Assembly (NCBI RefSeq): GCF_965641715.1
Contig: NZ_OZ282453.1
Strand: one strand, 5' to 3'
DNA length: 64,000 nucleotides
Source: Escherichia coli
GTDB lineage: Bacteria > Pseudomonadota > Gammaproteobacteria > Enterobacterales > Enterobacteriaceae
The notes beneath the pieces are model-generated. The model was given only the letters and a program-made list of their open reading frames with translations, had not been told where the DNA came from and did not search any database. Position numbers and translations under genes: made by a program. Position 1 is the first letter of the stretch, and the number at the start of each line of letters is the position of its first letter. Of this stretch, positions 26,878-36,089 are shown piece after piece.

Positions 26878-27149
26878 CTCAACAATGGAAAGATTTTTGT
26901 GACGTTCCCGCGTGCGCGTATTACCAGTACGCAGAACAACAGATTAAAAAACACGACCAGCCAGTTACCGGGAAGAATGGTGCCACAGAGAAAGGCAAGT
27001 GGCGGAAGCGCATATACCGTCATCAACAACCAGGCCAGCCATGACATCAGCGGTTTGTGTCTGGAGTCACGACGGCGATAAAAAAAGAGCGTCGGCACGA
27101 TAAACGAGCACAACGCCACATTCAGCAATCCGGGAAGGTTATTTAACAT
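26874..27149 (-). CDS. Membrane protein of lysis cassette (holin/antiholin-like)
   Basis: ~91 aa, three hydrophobic segments; ORF track start 27203. Confidence 0.4.
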   Translation of the reverse strand: MLNNLPGLLNVALCSFIVPTLFFYRRRDSRHKPLMSWLAWLLMTVYALPPLAFLCGTILPGNWLVVFFNLLFCVLVIRARGNVTKIFPLLR

Positions 27150-27531
27150 TGCCGCCTCCTCCGCCCCGCAGGCGGGAGAACAGGCCGGACACCAGTGATG
27201 CAATATCCTGCTGGTGGATGAACGACAGAATCTTTACCGACACCACTGACACCAGTACTGCACACAATGCGTCAACAGGTGCACCGTCAAACCCTGTATG
27301 CTTTACCAGCCAGGACGCCAGAACCTCTGCGCCCAGCACGCCGATAATGAACGACACAAGAAAATGCGCCACCACACGCCAGGCTGAAAGCGCCTGCGGC
27401 ATCGTTGCCACAAATAACGCCCCGGCGAACGCACCAAACACAATCCCGAAATCCGTTCCGGTAAACAGCCCGAAGACCGTCGCTCCACCGAGCGCCGCAG
27501 CCGTGCCGGAACCGGATAAGGGTTCAGACAT
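27139..27531 (-). CDS. Holin-like membrane protein
   Basis: Gly/Ala-rich TM helices, AGGAG RBS before ATG at 27531; ORF track start 27654. Confidence 0.45.
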   Translation of the reverse strand: MSEPLSGSGTAAALGGATVFGLFTGTDFGIVFGAFAGALFVATMPQALSAWRVVAHFLVSFIIGVLGAEVLASWLVKHTGFDGAPVDALCAVLVSVVSVKILSFIHQQDIASLVSGLFSRLRGGGGGNVK

Positions 27532-27898
27532 ACTTTTTCTCCTGTAAATAAAAAAGGGCCACCAGCGGCCCGTAAAAAACACCCCGTCAAAAGCACCGGC
27601 ATCCGCAGATGCCCTTTGTGTGGCGTTATTTGATGCGCACCAGATGTGGCGCAAAGAAATGAAATAAGACTTACCGAAAATTAAGGTTAATTTGAGGATT
27701 TAAACCACTTCTGAAGCTTAGTAGTATGAACATGTCCCCGGAAGGGGGCCAATACTTATTATTCTTCATGGACTTTGTCCCGCGGTCTTAATCCGACGAC
27801 CGCGCTACTTTTTACCCTCTCGCAAATTGCTATCTAAAGGACGTTGTCCCACGAGTATTCCTGGATGCTCGTGTCTTTTTTTGTCCTGAGAAAGGAAT

Positions 27899-27922
27899 AA
27901 AAAAAACCGCCAGATATGGCGG
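27899..27922 (-). terminator. Intrinsic terminator upstream of lysis genes
   Basis: ccgccatatctggcgg hairpin followed by T8 on minus strand. Confidence 0.45.
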
Positions 27923-28858
27923 TTGGTCAATGCAAGGGATGAATTTTTTAATTGTTATTAAACCGAGGCGCCGGGTGCCTCCCGAAGTATTCCGTGCTGT
28001 ATGGATACTGTGGTTTCCCGCTAAACCGACTCTATAAACCACCCTCGCGCTGAGGAACGCCCCAATTCATGTTTTTCAACACAGAGAAGCGCATCACTGG
28101 TTACTCAACGCTAAATCCGGCTTCCTGTCGTGGGCAATGCGCCATTTCTGTGTCATAAAAAAATACAGCACTGAATCCGTAACCGATCTCCATTACAGAA
28201 TGAGGCCCAACAAAGGAATTAACGAGATCTGTTCCTCACAAAAAACGCCAGTGCTGTAAAAACTCATCAAAGAACAATGAAGGTACGGAGAACAGGAATC
28301 GAACCAGTATCACTAACCTAAAAGGCTGAAGTAATAGCCACTGTACGATACCTGTATATAGAGCGGGCCTCCGTAACCACAGTAATGATACTATAACAAT
28401 ATGATTAAACGGATGCCAGCAATGACCCGCGAGGCAGCTGGTCATGCGCCAGTGAACACAGACTCGCTGCCTTTTGGGTCGGGAGTAATATTACCGATAA
28501 ATCATATGACATCAAAAAATAATTGGTTTTAAGATTTTAATATGTGTATAAATATGTATCAGATAAATACAAATTATTTTATTTCATCCAGAATTCTGAT
28601 TTTACGCAAGAGATTGCTAAAAAATAACACAAACATGATCAGTTTGGGAACAAACCAATTCCGTTGTCGCAATAAATAACAGGAAATACTCCGGGAACAA
28701 CGGAGCGCAAGAATTACATCAGCAGTGGTTTTTGTAACGTTTAACGTTAATTGTATCGTTGATAGAAAAGCTTTGACGCAATATAGTGAACTAACAGGGC
28801 CTGACGAATAGCCCTATTACGCCGAGCTAATAGCGCTGCCAGCTAAACTTGCATGGAA

Positions 28859-28935
28859 TGGTCCGCCACCGAGGACTCGAACCTCGCACCATCAACTTAG
28901 AAGGTTGATGCTCTATCCCGATGAGCTAGTGGCGG
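28859..28935 (-). tRNA. tRNA-Arg (anticodon UCU)
   Basis: Cloverleaf with acceptor CCGCCAC/GTGGCGG, anticodon loop CTTCTAA, TTCGAGT T-loop, encoded CCA. Confidence 0.8.
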
Positions 28936-28936
28936 T

Positions 28937-29012
28937 TGGTGGCCCTTGCTGGATTTGAACCAGCGACCTGGCGATTATGAGTCGCTCGCTCTCACCACTG
29001 AGCTAAAGGGCC
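28937..29012 (-). tRNA. tRNA-Ile2 (anticodon CAU, ileX/ileZ-like)
   Basis: GGCCCTTTAGCTCAGTGG..CTCATAA..GGTTCAAATCC..CCA, near-identical to E. coli ileX as recalled. Confidence 0.8.
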
Positions 29013-29131
29013 GGGCGCAGGATAATAACGTTACAAAATCAATGTTGCAAGCATTCAAAAATCACCTGGTTAAAAATCCCCCTTACTTCCTCCACCAGCG
29101 CATTCACCATGTCTATCCGAGATAAGTGGCA

Positions 29132-29154
29132 CAAAAAACCCGCATTTCGGCGGG
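29132..29154 (-). terminator. Candidate tR-prime terminator downstream of late promoter
   Basis: cccgccgaaatgcggg hairpin then T6 on minus strand (also reads as terminator on plus strand). Confidence 0.5.
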
Positions 29155-29204
29155 TTTTGTTTGCTTTTGCCATCACGTACAAAATCGGCAAAATATCAGA
29201 TTTG

Positions 29205-29240
29205 CGTGAAATATATGCCTTTCAATCTACTTTTGCAACA
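29205..29240 (-). promoter_or_regulatory. Candidate late promoter (pR-prime-like) overlapping 3' end of Q-like gene
   Basis: TTGCAA, 17-bp spacer, TATATT on minus strand, ~50 nt upstream of the terminator. Confidence 0.35.
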
Positions 29241-29917
29241 CTTTGCTTTGAAAATGCCGCCTTTTGTTTTGAACGCGTTCTCATTACAAACAATAAAGCC
29301 CCACTATCCAGTCGGTAAAAAATGTGTTTCATTGCAACCCAGTGACGAGTAAATGTTTTGGACCAGTTTTTAGTTGTCACTCCCGCCAGTAATGCCAGCT
29401 CCTGGTATTCATAACCTTCCCCACCAAAAAGTTCTGCTTTTACTGCCTGCGCCGCCAGCCAGATTAATTTTTTCAGGCGTTCCTGCGTTTTCCCTGCAAT
29501 TTTTCTGGTACCGGATTGAGTATTAAATTCATTCCACGCCCACTGTGTTATCGCGATCTGATATTCCCAACAAATACTCCCGCTGTAACACCACAACAAC
29601 CAGGCTTTATGATGTTCTTCAAGAGACAGAACAGCCCGCCGCCACGATGATGTCGAAAACTCAACCGGACTGACCAGAGGAATTGACGTCCCCTTCGCCA
29701 GCGATTGCTTTCCCGGAATTGGTGGATTATCCCGCGTTATCATTTTTCCAGTCACTTCATCGCGGTACCGGATTTTTTTTCGCCTGTAACGCCCTGTATC
29801 GAACATGGCATTCTCTTGCCAGGCTTCAAGCTGACCTTTTGTTGCCCCACTCAAATCAGCGGTGGCGATAATGAGCTGCTCACGCACAAACTGTAAATAC
29901 TGGTTATTCATGCGCAC
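29222..29917 (-). CDS. Putative late antiterminator Q-like protein
   Basis: Call by position only: between rusA and late promoter/tRNAs/lysis; 231 aa. Confidence 0.4.
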   Translation of the reverse strand: MRMNNQYLQFVREQLIIATADLSGATKGQLEAWQENAMFDTGRYRRKKIRYRDEVTGKMITRDNPPIPGKQSLAKGTSIPLVSPVEFSTSSWRRAVLSLEEHHKAWLLWCYSGSICWEYQIAITQWAWNEFNTQSGTRKIAGKTQERLKKLIWLAAQAVKAELFGGEGYEYQELALLAGVTTKNWSKTFTRHWVAMKHIFYRLDSGALLFVMRTRSKQKAAFSKQSVAKVD

Positions 29918-30273
29918 TCCAGTTCTGTGATTTTTATCCCCAGCCGCCCACCAGGAACGAGCTGACCGCGCACAATATTGATTTCATCAAACTGCTCGTC
30001 GTCTATAAGTAGTCCGGCATGCGTCAGCGCATCCAGTGGTGCCTTCAGGATATTGTCCAGGTCGCGGCGGCGCTTATCCGGTGGCTCTGCAATAATCTTT
30101 ATCGCCAGCCTTCCGGACAGGCTTAATTTCAGCCGCTGCTGGCGAACAATTAGCGCCACATCACGGCGATAACGCTTTCCGGCTTCCGAGATGAAATACG
30201 TATTGCCATGACGTCGCCAGTAGGTATTCACCGTCGGCGGGTAAGGCAAAACAAATTCTATGCGTTCAGTCAT
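29908..30273 (-). CDS. rusA: Holliday junction resolvase RusA
   Basis: 121 aa, ..YPPTVNTYWR..RRDLDNILKAPLDAL.. RusA signature. Confidence 0.85.
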   Translation of the reverse strand: MTERIEFVLPYPPTVNTYWRRHGNTYFISEAGKRYRRDVALIVRQQRLKLSLSGRLAIKIIAEPPDKRRRDLDNILKAPLDALTHAGLLIDDEQFDEINIVRGQLVPGGRLGIKITELECA

Positions 30274-31329
30274 TCATGCTTTCCACTTCAGGACACCCGA
30301 ATTTCTCGCGTGCATTAAAAAACGAATCAGCAACAACAGCTGGCTGCCGTGTTTTTCTTCAAAATCTTTTACCCCGGCGTGCAGTTCGTTATGACATTTA
30401 CGGCACAGCGGAATAACAAACAAATCATCAGCCTTTGTTCCCATCCCTCCCAGTCCATGACCAATGATGTGATGCGGATCATCTGCCTGATTACCGCACG
30501 TCATGCATTTCTGCGTTTTTACCCAACGCGTGTATACAGGCATCTCTTCCCGTTGTGGTTTCTGGCGCTGGAGATACTGAGCCGGTGACTCCGGATCAAC
30601 GGCAATGCTGACCACCGTCTTTTCCTGTGGCGGGTTTTGCTGGTGGGCGTGAGGCAGCGGCGCAAGATTTTTTGTGCACTGCTTCAGTATGCTGGTGGCG
30701 GTCTGCTCTCCCGGTACGATGTCGCTTTCACGGTACATTGGGCGGATTTTTTCCGCACGCAACCCCAGCGAACGACGTAATACCGCTTCCGGTAGCGCGT
30801 CCGCCACCTGATTGCGGACCGCCCACCAGGATAATTCAGCCAGCGATAATTCCCGCTCCTGTGTGCCATTCATTGCGTGACGGATGACGTCAATCATCCA
30901 TGCTGACAGGTTTTGTTGAGCAAGTTGCCCGAGTGACTCTGATGTCTGGTCGCGCAGCTGGTTGTCACAGTGCCAGCACAATACCATCGCGCCAGTACCG
31001 TAACGATGTATGACGGTTTCACTGTGATGGTAGTCACCATGAGGCCACTGGCAGGATTTAATATGACGCAGGAGCCAGTCAGACAATGCGCCTGCGCCGC
31101 CAGCAGCACGAATCACCCGTTCGTCGCTGAAAAATGGCAGTAATGATTTATCTTCCATCAGTGGCTGGCGAACGGCAGGAACAATCCCGGATGGCAGACC
31201 GCGCATGCTTTTCGGTTCCGGCTCCACCAGCACTCGAGGGTTATGAAATACCTGCATGGATTCACGGCCCGGCTTTAGCACCACCAGCCCAAGTTCCGGT
31301 ACCGGAACAGGTCGAAGTAATACCCGCAC
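30274..31329 (-). CDS. DUF968-type nin-region protein with C-terminal Cys/His cluster
   Basis: 351 aa; C-terminal CMTCGNQADDPHHIIGH..CRKCHNELH. Confidence 0.55.
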   Translation of the reverse strand: MRVLLRPVPVPELGLVVLKPGRESMQVFHNPRVLVEPEPKSMRGLPSGIVPAVRQPLMEDKSLLPFFSDERVIRAAGGAGALSDWLLRHIKSCQWPHGDYHHSETVIHRYGTGAMVLCWHCDNQLRDQTSESLGQLAQQNLSAWMIDVIRHAMNGTQERELSLAELSWWAVRNQVADALPEAVLRRSLGLRAEKIRPMYRESDIVPGEQTATSILKQCTKNLAPLPHAHQQNPPQEKTVVSIAVDPESPAQYLQRQKPQREEMPVYTRWVKTQKCMTCGNQADDPHHIIGHGLGGMGTKADDLFVIPLCRKCHNELHAGVKDFEEKHGSQLLLLIRFLMHARNSGVLKWKA

Positions 31330-31330
31330 G

Positions 31331-31609
31331 TTACCTCCAGATCCGTTGCTGGAATGTGCGGGACGGACGCGGTGGGCGTTCGGAGTAAGGAAGCCTGACG
31401 GAGATTATCCAGTGACGATAATCGAGGCTGAGGGCTTTCTTAATCTCGTATCCGTGTCTGCGGTAGCACTGAATTAGCCATTCAGCTTGTTCTTCAGTAC
31501 ATGGGGGATGCTGGTACCAATCAGATTTAAATGCGTGAGAGCGCCGCCCGTGCCTGCTGGCAAAGACGGCTGAATTATCAGAATTGTGTAATTTGGTATC
31601 GTGCGCCAT
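31331..31609 (-). CDS. Hypothetical protein
   Basis: Internal ATG (MAHDTKLH..); ORF track start 31738. Confidence 0.3.
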   Translation of the reverse strand: MAHDTKLHNSDNSAVFASRHGRRSHAFKSDWYQHPPCTEEQAEWLIQCYRRHGYEIKKALSLDYRHWIISVRLPYSERPPRPSRTFQQRIWR

Positions 31610-31776
31610 CGGTTGTCTCTGCTGGCGCAGCAGGTGCCAGTTGTTCAGGCTGGCGTGCGAATTGTAAACCAGAATGCCAGGAAAAAACAAAACCCGCCGA
31701 AGCGGGTTAAGTGCGGGTGCGTTGAGGATGCCTGACACATCAGAGGTGGCGAGGGATTTCTCCCCCGCCAGGTCTC

Positions 31777-31932
31777 TTACTCCTCAGGTTCGTAAGCTGT
31801 GAAGACAGCGACCCCCGTCTGGCCGGTTCGGATTCGTACCTCGCAGAGGTCTTTCCTCGTTACCAGTGCCGTCACAATGACGGTTAAACAGATGACGATC
31901 AGGGCGATTAACATCGCCTTTTGCTGCTTCAT
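31777..31932 (-). CDS. hokD: Hok-family type I toxin (HokD/RelF-like), 51 aa
   Basis: MKQQKAMLIALIVICLTVIVTALVTRKDLCEVRIRTGQT.. near-identical to HokD as recalled. Confidence 0.8.
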   Translation of the reverse strand: MKQQKAMLIALIVICLTVIVTALVTRKDLCEVRIRTGQTGVAVFTAYEPEE

Positions 31933-32185
31933 AGCCTGCTTCTCCTTGCCTTTCGGCACGTAAGAGGCTAACCTAGATTTGCCGTTCATAGATTGAGCCT
32001 CAGATTAATGTTAAGCGTCTTGCAGGACGCGTAATGTTAACTGGGGCTTTTCTCTATCTGCCTTTGGTGTTCATGCCTGAGGCAGATAGCCTCAAGCACC
32101 CGCAGCAATTCTACTTAAGTTAGATAAGCTTTTCTATGGTATTCTCTCAGCGTCCCGTAAATACAGTCTCGGCTCATCATTTTTA

Positions 32186-32449
32186 TCACAGGTGCGAGGA
32201 AAATATATAGCGCCCTCCATCAAGCATAACGAAATACATTTTCCATTCATCGCCATTCCTCAATTTAATACGAAGACTTTCCCCGCAAGTGTATTTATTA
32301 AACAACTGTTCCGATGTGCTAGTAAGAGGTATTTTTACCGTTATTACAACTACTGCCCCACCATTTAACTCTCGAAGTTCAGCATCCGCATCCACAAAAG
32401 ATGAATAAATGTTATGATCTGGGTAATCAACAATTAACTGCATATTCAC
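32186..32449 (-). CDS. Hypothetical protein
   Basis: 87 aa ORF in nin-like region. Confidence 0.35.
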   Translation of the reverse strand: MNMQLIVDYPDHNIYSSFVDADAELRELNGGAVVVITVKIPLTSTSEQLFNKYTCGESLRIKLRNGDEWKMYFVMLDGGRYIFSSHL

Positions 32450-32582
32450 TCCTTAAATATAGCAACTAAAACAAACAACGATTTAACAGTAGGAATTGTT
32501 TTTATAACATATGAACGGTGCAAGATCTATCCAGATGAAGCCTCCCCTCACCCCCCCCGTCTCATTACATGCATTTACTATC

Positions 32583-33098
32583 TCACCGTAAAACATCCTC
32601 CACGCTTATCAGTCCGTTTCGCTTCAGGTAGTCCATCGCCTTCTCCGGTAATTTGCAGTCCGGCTTGGCTTTTTTCAGTTGGCTGACCAGTCGTTTAACC
32701 CACATTGTTAATTCGCTAACCTGATTGCCGGAAGCTGGTGGGTTGTCGGCTTTACCCAGAATGACAGCACTGCAGGCCTCTTTGAGTACCCAATCAACAG
32801 CATCTTTCCATGCTCCTGTTTCGACTGGTGGATTCTCACGCTTTACCTGTTCATAAAAGCGCACGGCTTTAACCAGTCCTTCTGATGTCAGTGGCACAGG
32901 CGGGGCAGTGAATAACGCCTGAATTTCATAGCTCGGCCTGTCGTTGCAATCCTCTTTTGTCGGTACATATTTCCAGTCACCAACCCACGGCTCCCCCTGT
33001 GAGTCCGTAATGCCTTTTTTCACGTAGCGATATCGCCATGCAACTGGTTTTGCCTGCCCTGCCGTTTCATGTCCTTCCTGATAATTAATCTCGCTCAT
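32583..33098 (-). CDS. Hypothetical protein
   Basis: 171 aa ORF, operon phase with downstream small ORFs. Confidence 0.4.
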   Translation of the reverse strand: MSEINYQEGHETAGQAKPVAWRYRYVKKGITDSQGEPWVGDWKYVPTKEDCNDRPSYEIQALFTAPPVPLTSEGLVKAVRFYEQVKRENPPVETGAWKDAVDWVLKEACSAVILGKADNPPASGNQVSELTMWVKRLVSQLKKAKPDCKLPEKAMDYLKRNGLISVEDVLR

Positions 33099-33289
33099 TC
33101 ATCGCCCCACTCATCACAATATGCTTCGACCGGAGTTTTTCCTGCTTCGTAGTCATAACGCCATGCTTCAGCATCAGCGGCACTTCCACCGCGTAACTCT
33201 GCATAGTCCATTAACAGTTCATGCCATTCTTCAAAACTGACGTTGTATTTAGTTGAACCAAAATCAGCCATTTTGTTCTTCCTCCTCAT
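33095..33289 (-). CDS. Hypothetical small acidic protein
   Basis: 64 aa, start overlaps neighbour. Confidence 0.3.
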   Translation of the reverse strand: MRRKNKMADFGSTKYNVSFEEWHELLMDYAELRGGSAADAEAWRYDYEAGKTPVEAYCDEWGDE

Positions 33290-33446
33290 CTTTTATTTCG
33301 TGATATGAGTAATTGCAGTAGTTAAAGAAAATTTCTTTTGCTTCGTCCTGTATTTCATCTGGTGTCGCACCATCATCCACTTCGAATACATCCTCAAAAT
33401 CTCCACCAGCTATTCCCGTTTCAATAATTATTCTGAACTTTCGCAT
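33264..33446 (-). CDS. Hypothetical small acidic protein
   Basis: 60 aa ORF. Confidence 0.3.
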   Translation of the reverse strand: MRKFRIIIETGIAGGDFEDVFEVDDGATPDEIQDEAKEIFFNYCNYSYHEIKDEEEEQNG

Positions 33447-33541
33447 TTCATTACCGCCCTTTCGGGCGGCCTCCTGATGTTCTGAGGGTGCAGAAATCCC
33501 TCCGGTTAAGGATTAAATTTTATTTACAACACTAAATTTAA

Positions 33542-33742
33542 TTATTCAGGCGCGCGAATCTGTTCCGCACAATGCAACAATGCTTCTGTCACTTCCTTAA
33601 GCGTTACGGTATCGGCATCATCCAGTCCTGCAACTTTTGCGTGCCTGGCAAACGCCGCGCAAAGGTCGTTAAACGCCACCGCCCGTACATCAGCCAGGAA
33701 AGCGTTAGCAGCAGCCAATTCCTGGTAGTCAATCCTGCTCAC
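33542..33742 (-). CDS. Hypothetical protein
   Basis: 66 aa ORF with overlapping stop/start. Confidence 0.3.
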   Translation of the reverse strand: MSRIDYQELAAANAFLADVRAVAFNDLCAAFARHAKVAGLDDADTVTLKEVTEALLHCAEQIRAPE

Positions 33743-34164
33743 TGCGCCGCCTCCTGAAAATTCCCCTGATAGAAAGCCAGTACACGCTGCATAACTTCAC
33801 TATTCCGGCACTCGCGACAGATTATGTTCAGACGCCTGTCATAGCGGCGTATTTCTCCGTCTGGTAACGACCAGATAAGGTCCGGATCAACCACAGATGT
33901 TTTTTTCTTCAGCTTTGCCCTTGAGAGTTTTTTGCGGGCATTTTGCCAGTCCTTACGAGCCTGTTCAGACGGGAATAACCCGTAACCAGAGTTGTATACA
34001 TCGCCACTGGCAACCAGCTCTCTGGCAAGAACGCTCATCAGATATCTTGTTGCCCCAGTTTTAGCTTCCAGTTGTCGTAACGTCTCGCGCCCACTCTGGC
34101 GTACGAGTTCAACAACCTGCCCTTTAATTTTTTCCCGCTCTTCTTGTGTAAAAACTTTTGCCAC
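33739..34164 (-). CDS. Hypothetical protein downstream of replication initiator
   Basis: 141 aa, basic, CRECRN motif; too short for lambda P or DnaC. Confidence 0.35.
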   Translation of the reverse strand: MAKVFTQEEREKIKGQVVELVRQSGRETLRQLEAKTGATRYLMSVLARELVASGDVYNSGYGLFPSEQARKDWQNARKKLSRAKLKKKTSVVDPDLIWSLPDGEIRRYDRRLNIICRECRNSEVMQRVLAFYQGNFQEAAQ

Positions 34165-34204
34165 AAGCCCTCCTGAAAATTACCTCATGACCAGAAATTA
34201 ACAC

Positions 34205-35281
34205 TTACCCCCTGAAGCCCGGCGGAATTTCGTTATCCGGTTCAGAAATATGATTCACACAACGCTGGTTGTTCGTGCCGCTTACCGGGAGCAACCAGGG
34301 GTTCTCAAAATTCCGGTCCGGTCCAAAAAACGTCGTCGCTCGCTGAACAAATTCCGTTCCCGTTTTCCCGGTAGCCGCCAAGTATCTTGCGTAACGCCTC
34401 ACGCCATCCAGCATGGCCTCTGGTGGCACCCCCTCGCGTAATCTGGCCTTCCAGGCACTGAAAGCGGATTTCTTCGGGTTTGCTCCGGCACGCAACGGGT
34501 ACTCCCGCCAGACCTGTTCGAACGCATCCGGATAATCCACTCGTCCCACAGACAGCCCGGTGTTTTCCGGGACTACCCGATCGGCTTTCCGCTGAATGGC
34601 GGAATCGGCTTCAGGCTGCTGCAGTTGGTGTGATTGCTCCGGCCTTGGGGTCATCACCTGCTGCACAGCGCCCGAATCGGCTTTCAGCGCATACGCTGAA
34701 TCGGCTTCCGGTGTCGTGCCTGCTGGCTGACCAGGATTGACGGTCTGAACATCCCCTGCCTGGTTCGTGGCGTTTTTTACGCCATGGACCATAGTGTTTT
34801 GATCTTCTTGATCTGTATCTTTATCTGTATCTTTATCTGTCGTGACTCGTCGTGACATGTGCGTGACATTTCGTGACGCGCCGTGACAATCGCCATTTTG
34901 TTCCCGCTTTCTTTCCCTCTCTCGCTGCGCCCTCTTGCGCTCTGCAGGAGATTTTGCGGTTTGCGAAATATTGCCGTTGTCCTCTTTAAGCACCTGGCGT
35001 TTTTCCCATCCAGTGATTAAATCACCATCAAGTACCCGCCCCTGCATCGTCTGCAAAATTGAATCAATTACCTCTTCTGTCACGTCGAGCGCACTTGCCA
35101 AATCTTCTGTCGTGACATCAATGTGACCTCGCGTGACATTTCGTGACGCGCTCACCAGGAGGTGGATATACACTGCCATCACTGTTGCAATTGGCTGCCC
35201 TGACACCCTGGCAATTGTTCGCCACTTAGGGTCATTTGGCATGTCATGCCATAATCTGAGCCAGGCGTTAGCCATACTCAC
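34205..35281 (-). CDS. Replication initiator (O-like / replisome organiser) with internal iterons
   Basis: N-terminal replisome-organiser-like region; CGTGAC and ATCTGTATCTTT repeats inside the ORF. Confidence 0.55.
   Translation of the reverse strand: MSMANAWLRLWHDMPNDPKWRTIARVSGQPIATVMAVYIHLLVSASRNVTRGHIDVTTEDLASALDVTEEVIDSILQTMQGRVLDGDLITGWEKRQVLKEDNGNISQTAKSPAERKRAQRERERKREQNGDCHGASRNVTHMSRRVTTDKDTDKDTDQEDQNTMVHGVKNATNQAGDVQTVNPGQPAGTTPEADSAYALKADSGAVQQVMTPRPEQSHQLQQPEADSAIQRKADRVVPENTGLSVGRVDYPDAFEQVWREYPLRAGANPKKSAFSAWKARLREGVPPEAMLDGVRRYARYLAATGKTGTEFVQRATTFFGPDRNFENPWLLPVSGTNNQRCVNHISEPDNEIPPGFRG
34811..34892. repeat. Candidate prophage origin: 12-bp tandem repeats plus five CGTGAC iterons inside O-like gene
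   Basis: atctgtatcttt x2.5 then cgtgac x5; second CGTGAC cluster at ~35110..35150. Confidence 0.5.
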
Positions 35282-35346
35282 CTCTTCTGATACCGAATCT
35301 TTTTACTCACGAGTTGCCGGAAGCGATTCGATATGGCTATTATCAC

Positions 35347-35772
35347 TCAATGCACTGCCACAGCATTTCCTGCCGGGCCACCACGGTTCATCTGATTGAA
35401 ACCGGCGATTGCCACTGCGACAAAATCATCGGCGTCTCTCACCAGTCGCTCCCGCGTCTCCACCAGCTCCCGAAAATAAGCTGAACTGTGGCTACGCATT
35501 CTGGCCACCAGCAAAGGTGGCATTGCCTTTTCGATCGCTGGTAACAACGCCTGAATTTTTTCAACTGCATCAGGGGTGTCTTTCTCTACCCAGCGGAAAA
35601 TTTTCTGGGTATTGCGAGCCAGGGCTTCCGGATGGCTGTCGTCGTACAGTTCAGGAAACGTCATACCCAACTCAAAATAAGCCTGGGTTATTCCAGCTGC
35701 CGGAACTTTTTCGCCATCAGGACGCGCCCAGGCATTCATCGCCATGCGGATGTGTTCATGCTTGATTTTCAT
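35347..35772 (-). CDS. CII-like regulatory protein (tentative)
   Basis: Position immediately downstream of cro-like gene; ORF track start 35844. Confidence 0.35.
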   Translation of the reverse strand: MKIKHEHIRMAMNAWARPDGEKVPAAGITQAYFELGMTFPELYDDSHPEALARNTQKIFRWVEKDTPDAVEKIQALLPAIEKAMPPLLVARMRSHSSAYFRELVETRERLVRDADDFVAVAIAGFNQMNRGGPAGNAVAVH

Positions 35773-35998
35773 GAATCCCCCCTTGGTTAGAAGGCGGATT
35801 ATGATCAGAACCGGGAATGACAACCGTCGGTATGTGTAACTCATATTTGAGCGCCCCGGCAGTGACTGCCTGAATTAGCAACGCCCATTTCCACGGAACC
35901 TCTTCCCCCCACATGCTGACTGTGGTTTTTGACGTTCCTAGAGCTGCGGCTGTTTTAACAACTCCGCCAAAATAGCCTAATACTTCTGATTTTTTCAT
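35756..35998 (-). CDS. Cro-like HTH regulator
   Basis: Small HTH protein (..TAAALGTSKTTVSMW..) divergent from cI. Confidence 0.5.
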   Translation of the reverse strand: MKKSEVLGYFGGVVKTAAALGTSKTTVSMWGEEVPWKWALLIQAVTAGALKYELHIPTVVIPGSDHNPPSNQGGIHENQA

Positions 35999-36089
35999 GA
36001 GTCGCTCCATAAAACTGAACGCCAAAAGTTTAATAATCAAAACCAAAGAAAGTCAAGAAACAAAACCATCTGTGTTTTAAAATCAAAAC

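Noticed and set aside
28281-28345. tRNA-like T-arm motif (GGTTCGATTCC) suggesting a third tRNA
   Set aside because: Could not fold a consistent acceptor stem or anticodon arm by eye; likely a degenerate remnant. tRNAscan-SE could settle it.
27655-28858. Possible stx toxin genes between the tRNAs and the lysis cassette
   Set aside because: No ORF of adequate length and no recognisable stxA/stxB coding sequence; only two short low-quality ORFs (27830..28042, 28236..28445) that look spurious.
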